A stretch of 64,000 nucleotides of DNA from a virus: positions 53,212 to 117,211 of the IMG/VR virus record IMGVR_UViG_3300036790_000270; one strand, given 5' to 3'. Below, one piece after another: positions 55,068-63,839 of this stretch; positions within the stretch are counted from its first letter, which is position 1, and every line of letters begins with the position of its first letter. Both the position numbers and the translations under genes were made by a program. Below the pieces are notes generated by a model. The model had not been told where the DNA came from and ran no database searches. It was given only the letters and a program-made list of their open reading frames with translations.

Positions 55068-55103
55068 GGCGTGATGGATTTGGGTCTCGTGCTGCAATTG
55101 GCC
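55068..55103 (-). repeat. Solo TIGR-like unit
   Basis: GGCG-TGATGGATT-TGGGTCTCG-TGCTGCAAT-TGGCC. Confidence 0.85.
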
Positions 55104-55133
55104 CCGGCTCCCGCGCCCGGCACGATCACGGGG

Positions 55134-55529
55134 TTACGACAGTGCGCGCAACGCCGGCGGCTGCGACGGCTTGAACCCCTCGCGCTCCTTTACCGTGTCG
55201 TAGCTGCCGCAGTTCTCGCACCGGTACACGTACCGGACAGGGACCGCCGGGGTGTTACCGCACAGCCGGCTGATGTCGTACGTGCCGAGCTCTGCCGCCG
55301 CGTGCTGCAGCGCGTGCTCACTCGGGTAAGCCCGGTACAGCCGCCGGTAGGTGCTCACCATCGCCGCGCTGTGCCCGATAGCCGCGCCAAGCGCCTTCAG
55401 CGTGTAAAGCCCCGCCAGCGCGTCCACGATTTGCCCGAAAGTGTAAGCTGCCGACAGGCTGTCCGTCCCCGCTTTTACGAGTTTCTCATATGCGGCGGCC
55501 AGCATGTCCAGGTTCTCGCCTGATCTCAT
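55134..55529 (-). CDS. Hypothetical protein with possible HTH and C-terminal CxxC
   Basis: 'YTLKALGAAIGHSAAMVSTY', 'YRCENCGS'. Confidence 0.55.
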   Translation of the reverse strand: MRSGENLDMLAAAYEKLVKAGTDSLSAAYTFGQIVDALAGLYTLKALGAAIGHSAAMVSTYRRLYRAYPSEHALQHAAAELGTYDISRLCGNTPAVPVRYVYRCENCGSYDTVKEREGFKPSQPPALRALS

Positions 55530-55569
55530 CTTCCTGCTTTCCCTTCTTGCCTTTCTTTCCGGTGTGCCC

Positions 55570-55642
55570 GGCGTTTGGTCAATGGGTTTCGTTTCTCGTA
55601 TGGCCGGGCGTTCCGGAGTTGGGTTTCGTCTTGCCTCTGGCC
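55570..55642 (-). repeat. Two-unit TIGR-like mini-array
   Basis: GGCG-TTTGGTCAA-TGGGTTTCG-TTTCTCGTA-TGGCCGGGCG-TTCCGGAGT-TGGGTTTCG-TCTTGCCTC-TGGCC. Confidence 0.9.
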
Positions 55643-55876
55643 CGGCCCCCGGTTACAGGCCGCGTGACGCCAGCGGCGCCATTAGGGTAACCGTGCCGTC
55701 CTGGTAGACGGTCTCGACGCTGCCGAACGCCGCTACCGGAGGCTGAGCCGGGTCAGCGAACACGGTTACCGCCAGCTCGCCGGTCATCGTCTCCTTCCCG
55801 TCGAAACTCAGCCCCGACGGCACCGAGTAGGTGTTCCCGGTGCTAGTCACCACGGTAATTCCCGGCGCCGGCGTCG

Positions 55877-56233
55877 TCACCTGCCTTCCCCCTTCAGCTC
55901 AGTCAGGGCCTCGTCCGCCAGGGCCTGCGCCCAGTCCGGCGCCTGGTCCAGCTCGAAGCTGTAGAACTTCTCACTCGCCGTCACGTTGCCCGGGGTGCCG
56001 TCCTTCTTGATCCGGCCGCCGCTGACGGTAAGCGAGCTGACCTTCAGGTTCGCGTAGCGGGGCAGCTCACTGTCCCGGAGCGTCCCGCAGGTCAGCTCTA
56101 CCCGCAGGCTGTCCGGCTGGTAACGCGCCAGGACGCTGCTGTACTTCACCGGCCGGTCCTCGACCTTCCCGCCGATCGTGTAGTAAGCGGTGAAAGACAG
56201 TTCGCCGGACAGGTGCGTTCTTGTCGCGTTCAC
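55877..56233 (-). CDS. Hypothetical protein
   Basis: 'VSGGRIKKDGTPG...APDW' motif seen in small actinophage proteins; overlaps neighbours. Confidence 0.6.
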   Translation of the reverse strand: MNATRTHLSGELSFTAYYTIGGKVEDRPVKYSSVLARYQPDSLRVELTCGTLRDSELPRYANLKVSSLTVSGGRIKKDGTPGNVTASEKFYSFELDQAPDWAQALADEALTELKGEGR

Positions 56234-57084
56234 GCTACTTTTTCCTCCTTCGCCGCGGACGGCTTACGGGCCCGGGGCTTGCGCGCGGGCTTCGGCGCGG
56301 TCGCCCGGCTCGCCTTGATGGACGCCTCGATCGCCGCCATGATGTCCTGCGGCGCGGTTACCGCTGCCTCCGTGCGCGGCGCCGGGGTGCCGACCGCCTG
56401 CCCGGTTTCCAGTTTCGCCTGGATCACCGCCGCCAGCTTCTCCTCGCTCGCGTCCGTGAAAGAGGACCAGTCGAACGGCTCGTCGAGTGCCGCCACCAGC
56501 TGCTGCGCCTGCGCCAGTTCCGGGGCGCTGACCAGGGTTGCGGGCGGCGCCGCGAAATCCGGCTGCTGCACCGACGTCCCCCAGGCCAGCCGCTCCAGCA
56601 CCAGGTAGCCGTCCGGGGTGGCGTACAGCAGGGCCAGGGCCTCCCGCTGCCGCACCGCGATGCTCACTACCGCCGCCTTCCCGGTCGCGGTCATCGCGGC
56701 GGCCAGCAGCGCGTACGGCTTCTCGCCGCCGTCGCCCGGCTGCACGTAGTAACTGGTCTCGTGCGCGGTGCGCGGCACGGTAACCGGGTCGGTGAACTGC
56801 AGGACCTTTGCGTGCCGGCTCTTGTCGCCGAACGCCCGCGCCAGGTCATCCTTCTCCACCAGCACCGTGCGGCCGTCCGGCGCCGCGTACCCCATGGTGA
56901 CGTCCTCCCAGCCGACCGGCGCGCCGTCCGCCTCCGCGACGTTCTGCTGCCTGATCCGGCTGCCGTCACTGCGCCGTACCCGGTGCAAGGGCAGCTTGCC
57001 CTCACTGACCGCCGGGCCCAGCTTTACCGGGAAGCTCAGCATTGACACGCCGATCGTTCCCGTCCAGATGCTCCGCATGCTCAT
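56230..57084 (-). CDS. ku: Ku-like DNA end-binding protein
   Basis: 'MRSIWTGTIGVSMLSFPVKL', 'DGSRIRQ', 'SYYVQP', 'PYALLAAAM', 'DIMAAIEASI'. Confidence 0.9.
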   Translation of the reverse strand: MSMRSIWTGTIGVSMLSFPVKLGPAVSEGKLPLHRVRRSDGSRIRQQNVAEADGAPVGWEDVTMGYAAPDGRTVLVEKDDLARAFGDKSRHAKVLQFTDPVTVPRTAHETSYYVQPGDGGEKPYALLAAAMTATGKAAVVSIAVRQREALALLYATPDGYLVLERLAWGTSVQQPDFAAPPATLVSAPELAQAQQLVAALDEPFDWSSFTDASEEKLAAVIQAKLETGQAVGTPAPRTEAAVTAPQDIMAAIEASIKASRATAPKPARKPRARKPSAAKEEKVA

Positions 57085-57108
57085 GCATCTCCCTTGTCGT
57101 GGCCAGCG

Positions 57109-57144
57109 GGCGGCATTCATATGGGTCTCGTGGCGTCTGTGGCC
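57109..57144 (-). repeat. Solo TIGR-like unit upstream of ku
   Basis: GGCG-GCATTCATA-TGGGTCTCG-TGGCGTCTG-TGGCC. Confidence 0.85.
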
Positions 57145-57431
57145 CGCTGGCCTGCTCGTGTACAGCCATGTGAATTTCACGGTTATTCCCGTGGGTACTG
57201 CTGCCCGGTCATCCAGGTGCAAATTCCGAACTCATAAACCTGCAGCGGCATGCGCTCCTGCCCGCGGATCATGAATAGCACGTGCTGGCCGGGCTCGCGT
57301 GCGCTTACTGCCGCCGCGTCGCCGTAGGCCTGCAGCAGGTTCTTCAAGAGGGGCGGGTAGATCCGGGGGACGCTGCCGCCGGCCAGCAGGTACCGGTCGG
57401 TGCTGGTCATGGTCCTCCCTTCAGGTGGTGC

Positions 57432-57467
57432 GGCGTGTAGAGGGTGGGTCTCGCGAGGAGGTTGGCC
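57432..57467 (-). repeat. Solo TIGR-like unit
   Basis: GGCG-TGTAGAGGG-TGGGTCTCG-CGAGGAGGT-TGGCC. Confidence 0.85.
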
Positions 57468-57478
57468 GCGCCGTCCCC

Positions 57479-57805
57479 TCATTCTCCCGCGTCCTCCTCG
57501 ATCGAGCCGTAGCAGGCGTACACGTTGACGACCGGGCGCGGTACCCCGCCGGCACCGTCCTCGATCTCGGTCCGGCTGACCGCGTCGAACGTCCCCGGCG
57601 GCCGGAACGCCTGGTAGCGCCCCCGGCGGATGTTCATCGCCATGCTGCGGGCCGACTGCGCCCTTACCGGCGGGAACGTCATGATGACGGCCGGCTGGCC
57701 GGGGTGGGCGCGCAGCTGCCCGGCGATATCCGCCAGGGTCGGCTCCCCCTTCTGCGGCTTGCCGCCCATGGACGGCGGTGGCTTCTGCCACCTCAGCTCA
57801 GCCAT
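57479..57805 (-). CDS. Hypothetical phage protein
   Basis: 'LRWQKPPP...IAGQLRAHPG...FRPPGTFDAVSR...VYACY' pattern common in actinophages. Confidence 0.65.
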   Translation of the reverse strand: MAELRWQKPPPSMGGKPQKGEPTLADIAGQLRAHPGQPAVIMTFPPVRAQSARSMAMNIRRGRYQAFRPPGTFDAVSRTEIEDGAGGVPRPVVNVYACYGSIEEDAGE

Positions 57806-57962
57806 GCCCGCTCCAGTTCCCTTTCCAGTTCTTTCTCTAGCGTCCTGATCAGCGTGCGCAGGAACAGTACCCGCGTCATCGCCCTGCGTTCCGTTTCCTC
57901 AGTTAGCCCTGCCTTCTCGATCCTGTCCTGCACCCACTGCCGGTTTTCCCGCGCTGACTGGT

Positions 57963-58595
57963 TCAGAGCCGTACTCCCTCCGGGACCTTCCCCTCGAACT
58001 GCGCCTGCACGTCCTGTGCCCGCGCGGTGCCCCGTGCGACCGCCTTCGTCATCCGGGCCAGGTGGCAGAAGGTAACCGGGTTCTTCCCGACGAGCGCAAC
58101 AGGTATTCCTATTCCCATGTTGCATGAAATTAGCACCGGTGACGGGCAGGCCGGGCAGGAAACTGAGAAAAGGTCCGCTAGCCGCTGCTCCCGGCTGCGC
58201 TCGGACGGGTCCGGCAGGCTGCGCAGGAACGCCGCGCGACGGCGCATGTCCCCCGCCGTGGCCGACGGCGCCGGGTAAGCGTACCTGGCGAAAGTCGCCC
58301 GCCGCCGCTGCCGCCTCAGGCGGGCGCCCGCGACCCGGCTCACCACCATCGCCACGGCCATCAGCACCGCGAACGCGACTACGTAATCCGTGACCAGGCG
58401 CAGCGTGACCCGCCCCTCGTACCCGGCCCGGAACCCGGCGATCAGCAGCGGCAGCAGCATGACGAAGATCACCGCGCCCGCCCCGTTATCCCGCTGCCCC
58501 GGCTCGTTCTTAGTGCCAGCTGGCACTGAGCTGCGCTGGTTAAGGGACCGGCTCGCGCCGCGCAGGGCGCCCCGGGTAACCCAGAAGCCGATCAT
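57963..58595 (-). CDS. Membrane protein with a C-terminal zinc finger
   Basis: Two TM segments; 'VSCPACPS...C...CHLAR'. Confidence 0.55.
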   Translation of the reverse strand: MIGFWVTRGALRGASRSLNQRSSVPAGTKNEPGQRDNGAGAVIFVMLLPLLIAGFRAGYEGRVTLRLVTDYVVAFAVLMAVAMVVSRVAGARLRRQRRRATFARYAYPAPSATAGDMRRRAAFLRSLPDPSERSREQRLADLFSVSCPACPSPVLISCNMGIGIPVALVGKNPVTFCHLARMTKAVARGTARAQDVQAQFEGKVPEGVRL

Positions 58596-58634
58596 GGTCT
58601 CACCTTCTTCTCTTTCCCGGTGTCGCGGGGCGCG

Positions 58635-58670
58635 GGCGTAGTTTCTGTGGGCCTCGTTGCTACTTTGGCC
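58635..58670 (-). repeat. Solo TIGR-like unit
   Basis: GGCG-TAGTTTCTG-TGGGCCTCG-TTGCTACTT-TGGCC. Confidence 0.85.
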
Positions 58671-58708
58671 CGCGACACTCGCGACAAGATCCGGTGACCT
58701 GCTATTTC

Positions 58709-59893
58709 CTAGCGGGCCGCGACAAGCGCCAGTTCCAGTTGGGTGGCGTCCGGCGGCTGCTCCTCGTCCGGCCCGTACAGTTCCTCGCGCAGGCTGGCCG
58801 CCGCCTCCAGGATCTGCGCCGCGTAGCGGGCCTTGCCGTGCACGTCCTGCCCGGCCAGGGTGATGCCGCGCATGTCTGCCGACGGGCCCAGTGCCTTCGG
58901 CAGCAGCGTCTGCACCAGGTAGTTGCTGTCCATCTTCCGGTAGTTCTCGCCGTCCGGCAGGTCGCGCAGCGCGGTGATGACGTCACTGGTGAACAGCCGC
59001 TCGGCCCCGGTCGCCATGATGATGCCCGCCACGTCCAGCAGGCAGCGCTGGAAGGTGAGCAGCTGCGGCTTCTCGCTGGCGTCCAGCGCTAGCAGCCGGA
59101 ACGCGTCCATGCACTTGCCCGGCCACGCGCCGCCGGCCGCGCTGGCGACCGCGAACAGCGGCCCCCACAACTGCAGCCGCCGGTCGGTGAGCAGCGGGTG
59201 AACGCGCAGCACGCCGTCCAGCATGAACTTGCCCATTGACTCCGCGTTCGCCCGGGACCAGCCGTGCAGTGCCTCGCGCAGGTCATCGGCCTCCAGCCGG
59301 ACCGCTGGCGACAGCGCGTTCTGCAGCCGCAGCTTCGGCGGCTTCGGCTTCACCGGCATGATGATTGACCGGGTAGCCAGGTCATCGGGGACCGCGTTGT
59401 GCAGCCCGTTCATGAACGCCACGGTGAACGCGGGCAGGTCTTTCGCTACCCGGTCAACCGAGACCGAGATGGTGCCCGTGTTCAGGTAGCACTCGATCAG
59501 CAGCGAGTACAGCTTGCTGCCGCGCCCGTTCAGGCCCGCGTCCCCGAACGTCTTGCTGATGTCATCGCAGACCAGCGTCGGCTCGTCCCCCCGGGTGAGG
59601 AACCGGGAGTTGATGGCCGGCTCGGTGGTCAGCCTGCCGACCTTCCACGGGTTGAACGCCAGCATCCCCGGGATCTGCGCTGCCGCCGTCGTCTTCCCGG
59701 TGCCCGGCGAGTCACTGGTCACCAGGCAGTGCGGTACCGAGGTAAACGGCGCCTCATTCGCGTGCACTGCGTGCGTCACCGACAAGATCAGGGTGAGCAC
59801 GTCGATGTACTCCGGCGGCGCCCACCACAGCGTGGCGGTGAAGTTGCGGACCTCGTTCAGCACGAAGTCCGGCTTCTGACTAGAACGGCTCAT
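58709..59893 (-). CDS. P-loop ATPase, DUF3631-like (replication-associated)
   Basis: Walker A 'SDSPGTGKTT', 'PTLVCDD', 'VPDDLATRSII', 'LWGPLFAVA'. Confidence 0.7.
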   Translation of the reverse strand: MSRSSQKPDFVLNEVRNFTATLWWAPPEYIDVLTLILSVTHAVHANEAPFTSVPHCLVTSDSPGTGKTTAAAQIPGMLAFNPWKVGRLTTEPAINSRFLTRGDEPTLVCDDISKTFGDAGLNGRGSKLYSLLIECYLNTGTISVSVDRVAKDLPAFTVAFMNGLHNAVPDDLATRSIIMPVKPKPPKLRLQNALSPAVRLEADDLREALHGWSRANAESMGKFMLDGVLRVHPLLTDRRLQLWGPLFAVASAAGGAWPGKCMDAFRLLALDASEKPQLLTFQRCLLDVAGIIMATGAERLFTSDVITALRDLPDGENYRKMDSNYLVQTLLPKALGPSADMRGITLAGQDVHGKARYAAQILEAAASLREELYGPDEEQPPDATQLELALVAAR

Positions 59894-60114
59894 TCAGGTT
59901 CCTCCTTCAGCCTGACTCGTACAACCTCTCCTGTTCACTTGTTTATTCCTCGGGAACCAGGATGACCAGGCCGTATTCCTCGGTCGCGTAATCCAGCGGG
60001 GCCGCGCCGAACTTCTCCAGCAGCCTCGTCCGCACGATCTCGTGCAGTGAGACCACCGCGCCCGGCGCCACCTCGACCCACGGCTCGCCGCTGCTGTCCC
60101 GGTACACCGCTGCC

Positions 60115-60555
60115 TCAGCCATGCCGCTCCATTTCGCTCGTGACCCGGGCGTGCCCGTAGTCCGGGTGCGTGAACGTCTGCCCGGCTACCGGTACTCGCG
60201 CCCGGCCGACGTCAATATCGTGCCTGCGCGGGTACAGGTACCGCACCCAGTTGTCCCGGAACAAGTACCCGAGGTTGTTGTCGTGCGCGACCTTGTTCAG
60301 CCACTGCCCGGTCGTCAGGTGCTGGTCCTGCGCGCCCTCCCGGGTGAAGTGCACCCGCCCGTCCGCGTACAGGACCGCGATCGTGGTGGCGTACAGCCGG
60401 ATCATGATCAGCGCGCCCTCGTCCGGGTCGTCGTAACGGAGCAGCCGGACGGTGGCGCCGACGCCTTTCGTCCGGGTCGCGCCCAGGTACGCGTCGAGCC
60501 CCTTGTAGGTGAGGTCCGGCGTGCCCTCCGGCATCCGGAAAACGTAGTCGTTCAC
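60115..60555 (-). CDS. Hypothetical phage protein
   Basis: 146-aa ORF, AGGAG RBS. Confidence 0.6.
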   Translation of the reverse strand: MNDYVFRMPEGTPDLTYKGLDAYLGATRTKGVGATVRLLRYDDPDEGALIMIRLYATTIAVLYADGRVHFTREGAQDQHLTTGQWLNKVAHDNNLGYLFRDNWVRYLYPRRHDIDVGRARVPVAGQTFTHPDYGHARVTSEMERHG

Positions 60556-61142
60556 GCCTTCTCCTGATCCTTAACTGCCCCCTGGATGGCCAGGGTGATC
60601 TTGGTGAGTAGCCCCCGGTTAAGGGCATCGCACACCAGCTGCGCCCGCGTTGCCGTCTCCGGCCCGTACACCGCCCGCTGCCGGTCGCGGGGGATCTCCC
60701 GCCCGTTCACCCGGAGCAGGTACACCAGGTACTTCCCGTCCTCGGTGCGCAACTGGAATGCCGCTGTTGACTGCTGCTGCCTCATTCGCTGTTATTCCTG
60801 TCTGCGATGCCGCTAGGCTTAATTTCCCGCATGACCGCGCGCCGGATGTCATGGTGGGACTTGCCCGATGACAGCAGCGGCTGCAGGACGCGGTACGTTA
60901 CTTCCGCGGGTATCCCGCAGGCAGCCGCGATCAGTTCCGCCTGCCCGCACGTGTACTCGGCGGCCGGGTCTTCCCCGGTTTCGTACAGGCTGGCCTCGTG
61001 CAGGTTGCACGCTGCCTTGATAAGGGTAGTGAGTACGGCGACTTCGATTGAGCTCATTCGCTGTTATCCCTTGTTGTCTCGTGCCTGGTAAGCACGCGGA
61101 AAGCTAAGTGCCACGTGGCACCTAGCCAACCGTGCGCCGGCC

Positions 61143-61337
61143 TTAGCCAGTCTCGATGGTGACGTACAGGAACTCCGGGTTACCCGAGCCCACCCCTTCG
61201 ACGATCTGCTTCAGTGCGCTTTTCTGCACGTACAGGGTCTTGATGACATCCGGGCTGCCGTCCGTCGCCGGCTCCTCGTTATATCTGAGCGTGTTTCTTG
61301 TTTCCCGCTCGAATATGAACTTCACCTTCACGCTCAT
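61143..61337 (-). CDS. Small hypothetical phage protein
   Basis: 'FERETRNTLRYNEE...IKTLYVQKSAL' known small phage pattern; GAGGAG RBS. Confidence 0.65.
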   Translation of the reverse strand: MSVKVKFIFERETRNTLRYNEEPATDGSPDVIKTLYVQKSALKQIVEGVGSGNPEFLYVTIETG

Positions 61338-61365
61338 GCGTCGCTCCTCGCTAGCGCGGCACCCC

Positions 61366-61401
61366 GGCGTGTACTCTTTGGGCCTCGTCTGCGCTATGGC
61401 C
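61366..61401 (-). repeat. Solo TIGR-like unit
   Basis: GGCG-TGTACTCTT-TGGGCCTCG-TCTGCGCTA-TGGCC. Confidence 0.85.
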
Positions 61402-61419
61402 GGGGTGCCTGCTTACTTT

Positions 61420-61797
61420 TTACCTTCCGTCTGCCCAGTACTTCACGTCACCGAGTTCTACGGCTGTGTAGTTGTTGCGGAGCACATCGGCCCACATGTC
61501 CGCGCCCCAGAAATCAGTGTCCACGGCCGCGCCGTAAATGTCATGCGACTGGTCGTACGCGTAATTGGCCCAGTAGCTGTCTGCCACGAAGGTCATGCTC
61601 TCCCAGCGGTCCTCGCCCCAGGTGCCGATGACTGCCAGCAGGAACGTGCTCAGCTTCTCCAGCTCCCGGGCCTCGTCGTCGCTGAGCCCGGCGCCGTTCG
61701 CGTCCTCGCTCGCCAGGAACTGAATCCGGTCCTGGATGTCATTCGCGTAGATGATGTCGCCGTCCGCGAACGGCTTCGACTGCCCGTTGTCACTCAT
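61420..61797 (-). CDS. Acidic ArdA-like antirestriction protein (may be translated as part of the longer ORF starting near 62127)
   Basis: Acidic; 'TFVADSYWANYAYD...ADVLRNNYTAVELGDVKYW' resembles phage ArdA-like C-termini. Confidence 0.5.
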   Translation of the reverse strand: MSDNGQSKPFADGDIIYANDIQDRIQFLASEDANGAGLSDDEARELEKLSTFLLAVIGTWGEDRWESMTFVADSYWANYAYDQSHDIYGAAVDTDFWGADMWADVLRNNYTAVELGDVKYWADGR

Positions 61798-62123
61798 GCT
61801 CTTCTCTTTCCGGTTCCGGTACGGCCACTTGCCGTACAGCTTGCGCCGGTCCCTGAGGTACCACCACAGCCACGCAGGGTCCGCCCAGCGGGTGACATGC
61901 GGCAGGCACAGCACCCCGCACGACGGGCACCGGGTGAACCGCCATTGCCACGCCCGCCGCTTGTACATGAACGACGCGAACGACGCGCCGCACTTCTCGT
62001 AGTCCCCGTAGGACCAGCCCGGCCCGGCCCACGTGGGGCAGCGGTGCGGCTTGTCGTAGTGCAGCCTCGACAGCCTCATGCGGGCAGCGGCGAAGTAGCC
62101 GCCCAGCTCGTCTGCGAAGTAGC

Positions 62124-62633
62124 TCATGCCTTGTCCTCCTCGATCGCCGTGATGACCGGCCCGGTGCCGCGAATAGGGGGGAACCCGCGGAAGTGCAGGA
62201 CGGGGCGTTCCTCCCACTCGTCGTTGATGTCGTCCCCGGTGGCGCCGTCCTCCCGGTACTGCCAGCGGTTCATGTCCACACAGTAGACCGCGTTGTCATA
62301 GTCCGGCACTGACATGTACACATTGGCGGCTGCTAGCAGTCGCTCCACCTCCTCGACCAGGGTGTCCCAGATAGCCGCGCCGTGCAGGGCCGGCCAGGAA
62401 CTGCGCGCCCCGTTGTCCGCCTGCCAGACGCGCTCGGCCTCCGGGAAGGACCGCAGCGGCGGCATGTAACTATTGCCGGTCACCCACGCGACCGGTTCGG
62501 CGCTGGCGCGTGCGTCGGCGGTCATCGAGCTGGCGATCACCTTGGCCAGTGCCCGCGCCGCGCCGTGCCCGACGATCCGCGTCCCGCCGATGTGCTCCCC
62601 GTAGTAGTCAGTTGAGTAGTTCCGGTTGCTCAT
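62124..62633 (-). CDS. Hypothetical protein
   Basis: 169-aa ORF overlapping neighbours. Confidence 0.55.
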   Translation of the reverse strand: MSNRNYSTDYYGEHIGGTRIVGHGAARALAKVIASSMTADARASAEPVAWVTGNSYMPPLRSFPEAERVWQADNGARSSWPALHGAAIWDTLVEEVERLLAAANVYMSVPDYDNAVYCVDMNRWQYREDGATGDDINDEWEERPVLHFRGFPPIRGTGPVITAIEEDKA

Positions 62634-63100
62634 GCGCCTGGTCCCGTCTGCTCGCGGATCGTGTCGTGGTTGATCATGTCCTCGGTGCCCCCCTGGGGCG
62701 GGAAATTCCCGGGGTCTGCGAACTTGCCGCCGGTCTTGGCATTGAAGTCATCCGTCCCTTTGTAGAAGCCGAATACCGCGTCCGGGTCCGCCGCGAAAAT
62801 GCCCGCGATGAACCAGCCCCATTCGTCCCAGGTCGCGCTGTACACGCTGGACGCGCCGTCTGCGCCGTCGTTCTTGTACCGGCGGACGTTCATCTTCCGG
62901 CCGTTCTGGTCGGTGTAGCCAGCTGGCAGTGAGTCACGGAAGTAGGTGCCTAGCTGAATCTCGAATGCGCGGTCGCGCTTGGTTGACGCGTGCGCTGACG
63001 AGTTCACGAAATGCACGTCACGGGTAATGCGCCCGGCTTCCTTCGCGGTCGTGAGTGCCATCGTAACTCCGGTGTTACTCAGGCTCGTGTGCAGCCTCAT
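62630..63100 (-). CDS. Hypothetical phage protein
   Basis: 'HASTKRDRAFEIQL...SATWDEWGWFIAGIFAADPDA' conserved-looking pattern. Confidence 0.65.
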   Translation of the reverse strand: MRLHTSLSNTGVTMALTTAKEAGRITRDVHFVNSSAHASTKRDRAFEIQLGTYFRDSLPAGYTDQNGRKMNVRRYKNDGADGASSVYSATWDEWGWFIAGIFAADPDAVFGFYKGTDDFNAKTGGKFADPGNFPPQGGTEDMINHDTIREQTGPGA

Positions 63101-63389
63101 TAGCTGTCTGCCTCTCTTTCTCGTGCACCCTGCGCACGGAACCGCCCTAGTGCCACTAAGACGATCCCCTGCTCAGCTGCTGAGAGCGTCCAGCTCGTCG
63201 TCGCGGCCGGCCTCGTACGCGTGGTTCAGCGCGGCGGCCACCTCCCGCGCCAGTTTCTGCGAACTGAACGGGCCGAGCACGTCCTCACCCAGCCCGACGC
63301 CGGTGCTGTCACTACCCGAACACGGGCCCCGGCTGCTGTGGTGCACCCAGTGGCCCTGCGACCCGGACGCCTTCCAGTAATGATCCATC

Positions 63390-63839
63390 TCACGCCCCTT
63401 CCCCGCCTGCCAGCGCGGCCAGTAGCGCCCCGGCGGTCTCGTACAGCCACCAGTTCAGCGCGTCGGTGAGCTTGCCCGCGCGGATAGCCCAGGTGTGCGC
63501 GGTCTTGTAGGCCCGGTCGGTGTAGGCGAAGTACTCCGCGAACAGGCCTTCGTCGAACCGGCCGTCCTCGGCTTCGGCGTACAACTTCAGGTCGGTCACC
63601 ACTTGCCAGGTTTCCGCGCTGCTCAGCTGCCCGGACATCTGGTCTACGATCGCGTTCCTGGCTTCCTCGTCCCCGGCCATCAGGTCTTCCCGGTCATTGG
63701 CGTACGCGGTCGCGACTGCGCGCAGCCATACCGCCCCCGGGCTGTTGTCATCACGCGGCACGCTGCCGTACGTCATGCCCGCCAGGTCCTGCGCGTCGTA
63801 CGTGCTGTCCCCGATGCGGACTAGCTTCGCGTTGCTCAT
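63390..63839 (-). CDS. Acidic hypothetical protein (possible Ocr-like DNA mimic)
   Basis: 149-aa acidic helical ORF in the early arm; AGGAA RBS. Confidence 0.45.
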   Translation of the reverse strand: MSNAKLVRIGDSTYDAQDLAGMTYGSVPRDDNSPGAVWLRAVATAYANDREDLMAGDEEARNAIVDQMSGQLSSAETWQVVTDLKLYAEAEDGRFDEGLFAEYFAYTDRAYKTAHTWAIRAGKLTDALNWWLYETAGALLAALAGGEGA

